NCBI RefSeq assembly: GCF_001598795.1
Contig: NZ_BCZP01000001.1
Coordinates: forward strand, 120,001-152,000
DNA length: 32,000 bases
Direction: 5' to 3'
DNA from: Delftia acidovorans NBRC 14950
GTDB taxonomy: Bacteria; Pseudomonadota; Gammaproteobacteria; Burkholderiales; Burkholderiaceae_C
Part shown: positions 25,837 through 32,000 of the stretch, piece after piece
How the letters are laid out: the number at the start of each line of letters is the position of its first letter
Position numbering within the stretch: position 1 is the stretch's first letter
Program-made: the position numbers and the translations under genes
The notes under the pieces: generated by a model
The model's input: the letters and a program-made list of their open reading frames with translations, nothing else
The model's database searches: none
What the model was told of the DNA's origin: nothing

Positions 25837-27348
25837 GTGGAACTTTTTCAGAACCTGGCGACCGGCTTCGGCGTCGCCTTCACTTTCCAGAACCTGATCT
25901 ACTGCTTCGTCGGCTGTCTGCTCGGTACGCTCATCGGCGTGCTTCCAGGCATCGGCCCCGTGGCAACGATCGCCATGTTGCTGCCAGCAACCTACGCCCT
26001 GCCTCCGGTGGCGGCGCTGATCATGCTGGCCGGTATCTACTACGGTGCGCAGTACGGTGGCTCGACCACCGCCATTTTGGTGAACCTGCCTGGTGAATCC
26101 TCGTCCGTGGTGACCGTGATCGACGGCTACCAGATGGCAAGAAAGGGGCGAGCGGGACCCGCTCTCGCTGCCGCAGGCATAGGCTCGTTCTTCGCAGGTT
26201 GCGTGGGCACCGTGATCCTGGCCGCCTTCGCGCCTCCGCTGACGGAAGTCGCCTTCAAGTTCGGCCCTGCCGAGTACTTCTCGCTGATGACCCTGGGCCT
26301 GATCGGCGCCGTGGTGCTGGCTTCGGGCTCGCTGCTCAAGGCCATTGCCATGATCGTGCTGGGCCTGCTGCTGGGCATGGTCGGCACCGACGTGAACTCC
26401 GGCGTTGCCCGCTACAGCTTCGACATTCCCGAGCTGACCGACGGTATCGACTTCGTCGTGATTGCCATGGGTGTGTTCGGCTACGGCGAAATCATTGCCA
26501 ACCTGTCCAAGCCTGAAGACGAGCGCGAAGTGTTCGCCGCCAAGGTGACGGGCCTGTTGCCCACGAAGGAAGACTTCAAGCACATGATTCCGGCCATGCT
26601 GCGCGGCACGGCCCTGGGTTCTGCCCTGGGTATCCTGCCCGGTGGCGGTGCCATGCTGTCGGCCTTTGCTGCCTACACGATCGAGAAGAAGACCAAGCTC
26701 AAGCCGGGCGAAGTCCCCTTCGGCCAAGGCAACATCCGCGGCGTGTGCGCTCCCGAGTCGGCCAACAACGCCGGCTCGCAGACCTCCTTCATTCCGCTGC
26801 TGACGCTGGGCATTCCGCCCAACGCCGTGATGGCGCTGATGGTGGGCGCGATGACCATCCACAACATCCAGCCGGGCCCGCAGGTGATGACCAGCAACCC
26901 CGAGCTGTTCTGGGGCCTGATCGCCTCGATGTGGATCGGCAACCTGATGCTGATCGTGCTGAACCTGCCGCTGATCGGCATCTGGATCAAGCTGCTGACC
27001 GTGCCTTACCGCTGGCTGTTCCCGTCCATCGTGCTGTTCTGCGCGATCGGCGTGTACGGTACCAACAACAACACCTGGGACGTGTGGATGGTGGGTATCT
27101 TCGGCTTCGTGGGCTATGTGTTCCACAAGCTGGGCACCGAACCGGCTCCCTTGCTACTGGGCTTCATCCTGGGCCCGATGATGGAAGAGAACCTGCGCCG
27201 GGCGCTGCTGCTGTCGCGTGGCGACTGGAGCGTGTTCGTGACCCGTCCGATCTCGGCCGGCCTGCTGCTCGCCGCCGTGGTGCTGCTGGTGGTGGTGCTG
27301 ATGCCTGCAGTGAAGAACAAGCGCGAAGAAGCATTCGTAGAGGATTGA
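25837..27348 (+). CDS. tctA: Tripartite tricarboxylate transporter large permease TctA
   Basis: 503 aa, polytopic. GVLPGIGPVATIAMLLP...YYGAQYGGSTTAILVNLPGE...GILPGGGA...PESANNAGSQTSFIPLLTLGIP are typical TctA motifs. Confidence 0.92.
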   Translation: MELFQNLATGFGVAFTFQNLIYCFVGCLLGTLIGVLPGIGPVATIAMLLPATYALPPVAALIMLAGIYYGAQYGGSTTAILVNLPGESSSVVTVIDGYQMARKGRAGPALAAAGIGSFFAGCVGTVILAAFAPPLTEVAFKFGPAEYFSLMTLGLIGAVVLASGSLLKAIAMIVLGLLLGMVGTDVNSGVARYSFDIPELTDGIDFVVIAMGVFGYGEIIANLSKPEDEREVFAAKVTGLLPTKEDFKHMIPAMLRGTALGSALGILPGGGAMLSAFAAYTIEKKTKLKPGEVPFGQGNIRGVCAPESANNAGSQTSFIPLLTLGIPPNAVMALMVGAMTIHNIQPGPQVMTSNPELFWGLIASMWIGNLMLIVLNLPLIGIWIKLLTVPYRWLFPSIVLFCAIGVYGTNNNTWDVWMVGIFGFVGYVFHKLGTEPAPLLLGFILGPMMEENLRRALLLSRGDWSVFVTRPISAGLLLAAVVLLVVVLMPAVKNKREEAFVED

Positions 27349-27377
27349 TCGCCTCAGCGTTGCAACCATGTTGCTTG

Positions 27378-27403
27378 ACGGCCCTTCGGGGCCGTTTTTT
27401 TTG
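27378..27403 (+). terminator. Rho-independent terminator after tctA
   Basis: ACGGCCC-ttcg-GGGCCGT followed by T8. Confidence 0.8.
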
Positions 27404-27502
27404 TTATCAACAAGCGATCCCGGTGGAAAGCTGTTGATCCCGGATGCCTGGGAGCCGACGCGCCCGTGACTGCACAATAGCGCGCAGTCTTTCGAGGTCA
27501 CG

Positions 27503-28819
27503 ATGTCCCCACTACTGTCATCCCAGCACCCGCAGCGCGTGCTGCTGCACAACGAGATCCACGCCCGCCCCGCCGAGGAGATGCAGGCACCGCTGGCCAT
27601 CACCCATGTGGTGATGCTCACCGATGCGGCCCAGCGCGAGGCCAGCCGCGCCCATGTGGCCACCCTGCTGCGCAACCACCACCTGCCGCCGCCCGATGCG
27701 GCGACCACACATGTGCTGATCGACCTGGGCGCCTTTCACCTGCGCTGGGAACTGCACACGGAGTTCGTTTGCTGGACCTTCAGCAAGCCCATGTCGCAGG
27801 CCGGCATGGACGATGTGCGCGAGCCCGAAGCCGCCATCGACTATGTGCCTCGCGACTGGCTGGCTGCCTTGCCCGGCCAGTGCCTGAGCGGCCTGCACCT
27901 GTGGGCCTTGCAGGAGCAGGCAATCAATGAGCCGCATCTGGTGCGCCACCTGCTGCAGGAAGACACGCTGGTGGGTGCGCGCGTGGCCGGAGATGCGGGC
28001 AAGGTCTACACCGACTTCGCCATCCATGCCGATGGCTTCTCACGCATGCTGCTGCTGGCCGGCGAGTCATTGTCGCCACGCCGCCTGGGGCGGCTGGTGC
28101 AGCGGCTGCTGGAGATCGAGACCTACCGCATGGCGGCCCTGCTGGGTCTGCCGGCAGCCCGCCAGGCCGCTGCCGTACTGGCCACGGCCGAGCGGGATCT
28201 TGCGGCCCTGGCCCATTCCATCCGTCTTGCCGACCGCGATGCCGAGCCGGCACTGCTGGATCGGCTGACACGCCTGGCCGGGCAGGTGGAGAGCGAATAC
28301 GCCACCACGCATTCGCGCTTTTCCGCCAGCGCGGCCTATTTCGAACTGGTGGACAAGCGCATTCAGGACATCCAGGAATCGCGCATCGACGGCATACAGA
28401 CCATCCGCGAGTTCATGGACCGGCGCCTGACGCCGGCGCGCAGCACCTGCGAATGGGCAGCGCGCCGGCAGAACGCGCTGTCCGAGCGCGTCTCGCGCGT
28501 CAGCAGCCTGCTGCGCACGCGGGTGGAGATCGAGCAGCAGCAAAGCAGCCAGCAGTTGCTGGGCGCCATGAACCAGCGCCAGGACATGCAGTTGAAGTTG
28601 CAGTCCACGGTGGAAGGCCTGTCCGTGGCCGCCATCACCTACTACTTCACGGGCCTGATCAGCTACCTGGCCAAGGGCGCCAAGACGCTGGGCTGGCCTT
28701 GGTCGCCGGAGAGCACGGCCGCCGTCGCCATTCCCGTGGTGGCGCTGGGTGTGTGGTGGTCGCTGCGCAGGCTGCACCACAGGCTGTTCCGTGGCCAGCA
28801 CGGCGGCGGCACGCACTGA
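27503..28819 (+). CDS. DUF3422-family protein with a C-terminal two-helix membrane anchor
   Basis: 438 aa. The N-terminus HPQRVLLHNEIHARP matches my recollection of DUF3422. It has a coiled-coil-like middle and two C-terminal TM helices (LSVAAITYYFTGLISYL and AAVAIPVVALGVWWSL). Confidence 0.72.
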   Translation: MSPLLSSQHPQRVLLHNEIHARPAEEMQAPLAITHVVMLTDAAQREASRAHVATLLRNHHLPPPDAATTHVLIDLGAFHLRWELHTEFVCWTFSKPMSQAGMDDVREPEAAIDYVPRDWLAALPGQCLSGLHLWALQEQAINEPHLVRHLLQEDTLVGARVAGDAGKVYTDFAIHADGFSRMLLLAGESLSPRRLGRLVQRLLEIETYRMAALLGLPAARQAAAVLATAERDLAALAHSIRLADRDAEPALLDRLTRLAGQVESEYATTHSRFSASAAYFELVDKRIQDIQESRIDGIQTIREFMDRRLTPARSTCEWAARRQNALSERVSRVSSLLRTRVEIEQQQSSQQLLGAMNQRQDMQLKLQSTVEGLSVAAITYYFTGLISYLAKGAKTLGWPWSPESTAAVAIPVVALGVWWSLRRLHHRLFRGQHGGGTH

Positions 28820-28856
28820 AGGCGGCACCAGGGTGCCGGCCCGTGCGCCGGCAAGT

Positions 28857-28911
28857 TCACGTTTTCTCACGTTTGGCGTGAAAGCATCGAAGCCTCGCGC
28901 ACAATGTGCGC
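28857..28911. promoter_or_regulatory. Phased TCACG half-sites plus a perfect 15-bp palindrome upstream of the SDR gene
   Basis: TCACGTTT occurs at 28857 and 28867 as direct repeats 10 bp apart. An inverted CGTGAAA lies at 28877. GCGCACA-A-TGTGCGC lies at 28897-28911. The function is inferred only. Confidence 0.35.
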
Positions 28912-28960
28912 TGCCGTTCTGCAAGGATCGAGCAAGGCTTTTTTTGTTCAGGAGTGAGAC

Positions 28961-29758
28961 ATGGATCTGGGAATCGCGGGCAAGTGGGCCCTGGTATGTG
29001 GCGCCAGCAAGGGCCTGGGCTTTGGCTGTGCCAAGGCGCTGGCGCAAGAGGGCGTGAACCTGGTGATCAATGCGCGCAATCCCGAGGCCCTGCAGGAGGC
29101 TGCGGCCAGCCTCGCCGCCCTGGCGCCGCAGGTGAAGGTGCTGGCCGTGGCGGCCGACATCACCACCGAGGAAGGCCGCGCCGCCGTGCTGTCGGCAGCC
29201 GGTGGCCCGGGCGTGGATTTCGACATCGTCGTCACCAATGCCGGCGGCCCGCCGCCCGGTGATTTCCGCGACTGGGACCGCGCGGCCTGGCTCAAGGCCG
29301 TGGACGCCAACATGCTCACGCCCATCGAGCTGATCAAGGCCACGGTGGACGGCATGGCGGCGCGCGGATTCGGCCGCATCGTCAACATCACCTCCAGCGC
29401 CGTGAAGGCGCCCATCGACATCCTGGGCCTGTCCAATGGCGCGCGCAGCGGCCTCACGGGCTTTGTGGCGGGCCTGGCGCGCAGCGGCATCGCGGCCAAG
29501 GGCGTGACCATCAACAACCTGCTGCCCGGCAAGTTCGACACCGATCGCCTGCGCACCACCTTCACGGCCGCCGCCAACAAGAGCGGCAAGAGCCTGGACG
29601 ATGTGCGCCTGGTGCAGCAATCCCAGGTGCCGGCCCGCCGCTTCGGCACGCCCGATGAATTCGGCGCCATCTGCGCCTTCCTGTGCAGCGCGCACGCAGG
29701 CTACATGACGGGTCAGAACATCCTGCCCGACGGCGGCCTGTACGCAGGAACCTTCTGA
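28961..29758 (+). CDS. Atypical short-chain dehydrogenase/reductase family protein (BKR-like; lacks canonical YxxxK)
   Basis: 265 aa with RBS AGGAG. It has Rossmann motif VCGASKGLG and NAGG. SNGAR occupies the position expected for the catalytic YxxxK. Confidence 0.85.
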   Translation: MDLGIAGKWALVCGASKGLGFGCAKALAQEGVNLVINARNPEALQEAAASLAALAPQVKVLAVAADITTEEGRAAVLSAAGGPGVDFDIVVTNAGGPPPGDFRDWDRAAWLKAVDANMLTPIELIKATVDGMAARGFGRIVNITSSAVKAPIDILGLSNGARSGLTGFVAGLARSGIAAKGVTINNLLPGKFDTDRLRTTFTAAANKSGKSLDDVRLVQQSQVPARRFGTPDEFGAICAFLCSAHAGYMTGQNILPDGGLYAGTF

Positions 29759-29944
29759 TGCGCCGGTGCACTGCCTCCATGAACGGGTCCAGGGCCGGCA
29801 AGGCCCGGGAAATGGTCCCTTGCATGGTTGCGCAGTGCCGAGCGGTCCATGGGCAGGTGCAGCCTTGACAGTCCCGTTCCTGCATCGTGGCCAGCGGCCT
29901 TGCCGCAGCCTGCCCATTTCAAACGCCATGCAGGGAGCCCGGAG

Positions 29945-32000
29945 ATGACGGGCCAGCCCCATCAGACGGACTGGGCGGCGGCCGACCCCGTCCGCGCGCC
30001 CGGCCCGGCAGCGGCCGCAAGCCCTGCGGGCATGCGCCATACCCTGGCGCTGATGCTGGTGCTGCTGACGGTGGCCCTGGCGGCCGCCATGGTCTGGCTG
30101 CTCAGCGGCATGCGGACCACGGCGCAGGAAGAAGCTTCGCTGCGCCTGGTGCGCTTTGTGCTGGGCACCGAGGCGGCCATCAGCCGCAGCCTGGAATCCC
30201 TGGATGCCCTGGCGCTGGGCGTGGACGAACTGCTGGGTTCGCGCAACCCCGCATCGGCATCGCAGCCGCAACTGCAGGAAATGCTGCACACCATGGTGCG
30301 GCAGAACACGCTGGCGCAGCGCGCCTCGGTGCACGATATCCAGGGCCGGGAACTGGCCGCTTCGGGCGATGGCCCGGTCATCGATCTGCCTGCGCAGGCC
30401 TGGGAGCGCCTGGCGGGCCAAAGCCGCTCCGAATTGCTGGCAAGTCCACCCTCCGTCGCGCCGCAGGTGCCGGGTGGCGAGCGCATGCTGTACCTTGTGC
30501 GGCCCCTGAGCCGGGCAGAGCAGGGCGGCTATGTGCTGATGCAGGTGCCGGCTGCGGCGCTGGGCGCCGTGCTGGCCCAGGGCGGTGTGCTGGACGGCCT
30601 GGAGGTCACGCTGGAACAGGGCAGCGGCGAGCTGCTGCTGTCCATGCCCCAGTATGGCGATGTCGCCGCTGTGCGGCTGCTGCCGACGACGTCGCAGCTG
30701 CCGTCCAGCGGCGTCATGCACATGGCCGCACGCCTGAGCCGCGTGCCCGCCCTGGTGGCTGCGCATCCGCTGCCCAAGGGACATCTGTGGGTCACGGCCA
30801 GCCTGCCCATGTCCTCCGTGCTGGCAGGCTGGCGCGTGGCTGCCTGGCTGATGGTGCTGGCCGTGATGATCTTCGGCGTGCTGCTGGCCGTGCTGGGCTG
30901 GACCGTGCACCGCTACATGGACCGCCTGAATGCCGCGCGGCGCCAGGCCCAGCGGTCCGAGCAGTGGCTGGACCAGGCGCTGGACAGCATGGTCAGCGGC
31001 TTTCTGCTGCTGGATTCGCAGCAGCGCGTGCTGCGCTGGAACCGCTGCTACGAGGAAATGTTCCCCTGGCACGCGGACCAGCTGGAGCCTGGGCGGCCCC
31101 TGCAATCGCTGCTCGATTCCTGCCCCAGCGCCGTGGGTCTGGCGGCGGCGCCGGCGCAGGCCGACGAGGCCAAGGACCTGCACCGCCAACTGGTGCTGCG
31201 GCCTGGCGTGCCCTTTGAGCAGCAACTGCCCAGCGGCCGCTTTGTCCAGATGACGGCACGGCTGGCCGCCGAGGACGGCGTGGTCATCACCTACAACGAT
31301 GTCACCGATATCCGGCTGGCAACGGCCGAGATCGAGAGCCTGGCCTTCTACGATCCGCTGACCAGCCTGCCCAATCGCCGCCTGCTGCTGGACCGCCTGG
31401 CCCAGGCCACGGTGCTGGCCGCACGCGAAGGCTGGACCGGGGCGCTGCTGTTCCTGGACCTGGACCAGTTCAAGATGCTCAACGACACGCTGGGCCACGA
31501 AGTGGGCGACCAGTTGCTGCAGCAGGTGGCGCACCGCCTGCGCAGCGCCGTGCGATCTTCGGACACGGTGGCGCGCCTTGGGGGGGATGAGTTCGTGGTC
31601 ATGCTCTGCGAGCTGTCGCACGAGCCTGCCGAGGCGGCCACGCTGGCCCAGCGCATTGGCGAGAAGATCCTGGCGCGGCTCAACCAGTCCTATGTGCTGG
31701 GCGCCCACCTGCACCGCAGCGCCTGCAGCATTGGCGCCACGCTGTTCGGCCGCCAGCCGCAGTCGGCGGCCGAGCTGCTCAAGCAGGCCGACATCGCCAT
31801 GTACCAGATCAAGGCGCGCAACGGCAGCGGCCTGTGCTTCTTCGATCCGCAGATGCAGGTGGAAATCCACCAGCGCGTGCGCATGGAAGGCGACCTGCGC
31901 CAGGCCCTGGCGCAGTCCCAGTTCGAGCTGCACTACCAGCCCCAGTTCACGCTGGCCGGCGAGGTCATAGGTGCCGAAGCCCTGCTGCGCTGGCGCCACC
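29945..32000 (+). CDS. Membrane sensor PAS-GGDEF-EAL protein (c-di-GMP turnover), 3' end truncated by the window edge
   Basis: Hand translation; it is not in the ORF track because there is no stop in the window. ATG 29945 is preceded by AGGGAG. TM1 is LALMLVLLTVALAAAMVWLL, followed by a periplasmic region of about 245 aa and TM2 VAAWLMVLAVMIFGVLLAVLGW. A PAS-like region (SMVSGFLLLDSQQRVLRWNRCYEEMF) precedes the GGDEF domain (I-site RSSD, then RLGGDEFVV). The EAL domain starts at ELHYQPQF...GAEALLRWRH. An alternative start is ATG 30032. Confidence 0.9.
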   Translation, partial: MTGQPHQTDWAAADPVRAPGPAAAASPAGMRHTLALMLVLLTVALAAAMVWLLSGMRTTAQEEASLRLVRFVLGTEAAISRSLESLDALALGVDELLGSRNPASASQPQLQEMLHTMVRQNTLAQRASVHDIQGRELAASGDGPVIDLPAQAWERLAGQSRSELLASPPSVAPQVPGGERMLYLVRPLSRAEQGGYVLMQVPAAALGAVLAQGGVLDGLEVTLEQGSGELLLSMPQYGDVAAVRLLPTTSQLPSSGVMHMAARLSRVPALVAAHPLPKGHLWVTASLPMSSVLAGWRVAAWLMVLAVMIFGVLLAVLGWTVHRYMDRLNAARRQAQRSEQWLDQALDSMVSGFLLLDSQQRVLRWNRCYEEMFPWHADQLEPGRPLQSLLDSCPSAVGLAAAPAQADEAKDLHRQLVLRPGVPFEQQLPSGRFVQMTARLAAEDGVVITYNDVTDIRLATAEIESLAFYDPLTSLPNRRLLLDRLAQATVLAAREGWTGALLFLDLDQFKMLNDTLGHEVGDQLLQQVAHRLRSAVRSSDTVARLGGDEFVVMLCELSHEPAEAATLAQRIGEKILARLNQSYVLGAHLHRSACSIGATLFGRQPQSAAELLKQADIAMYQIKARNGSGLCFFDPQMQVEIHQRVRMEGDLRQALAQSQFELHYQPQFTLAGEVIGAEALLRWRH

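Noticed and set aside
29759-29944. A GC-rich 186-bp spacer between the SDR and GGDEF-EAL genes, with small ORFs on both strands (29713-29922 -, 29683-29868 +, 29562-29885 -)
   Set aside because: None of the six frames gives a protein-like sequence or a recognisable remnant; for example I looked for a LysR N-terminus. The ORFs overlap the SDR gene. I treat the region as an untranslated promoter or leader.
28067-31999. A 1310-aa minus-strand ORF, the longest in the track
   Set aside because: It runs antisense to four well-supported plus-strand genes (DUF3422, SDR, GGDEF-EAL and the intergenic regions between them). It has the Arg/Ala/Gly/His/Gln-rich composition typical of stop-free antisense frames in high-GC DNA, and no recognisable motifs.

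Overview
This is a high-GC proteobacterial chromosome segment; I did not compute the exact GC content. Gene content suggests a betaproteobacterium of the Burkholderiales/Comamonadaceae type, which is inference only. The supporting signs are Bug/TTT transporter parts, lolC-lolD without lolE, a yciV-yciO pair, and recJ next to an RpfE-type gene.

I call 28 protein-coding genes that tile almost the whole window. Two of them run off the window edges, so they have no stop codon and are missing from the supplied ORF track. These are a LysM+FecR protein at 1-1486 (-) and a membrane PAS-GGDEF-EAL protein at 29945-32000 (+); I translated both by hand.

Gene content:
- Housekeeping genes: trpS, recJ, lolCD, tatD-family, yciO, yciV, and a DNA-deoxyinosine glycosylase.
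- Three methyl-accepting chemotaxis proteins with three different topologies.
- tctBA, plus a separate Bug-family binding protein co-transcribed with a cytoplasmic sulfatase under a divergent MarR.
- An orphan GspE/PilB-class ATPase, a DUF3422 protein and an atypical SDR.
- A tightly coupled three-lipoprotein operon (CsgG-like / DUF4810 / DUF799).

The many very long ORFs antisense to these genes (up to 1310 aa) are high-GC artefacts. I see no rRNA, tRNA, CRISPR array, transposase, integrase or phage genes, and no compositional island.

I do not find an unambiguous new system. The best candidates for uncharacterised biology are:
- the CsgG-like/DUF4810/DUF799 lipoprotein operon;
- the orphan secretion ATPase;
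- the MarR/Bug/cytoplasmic-sulfatase module;
- the response regulator coupled to a LysM-FecR protein.

Smaller oddities are listed separately as findings: a TrpRS-DUF1508 fusion, an 18-bp VNTR in an MCP tail, a G7 tract on the GGDEF motif, an SDR lacking YxxxK, and phased repeats upstream of the SDR.
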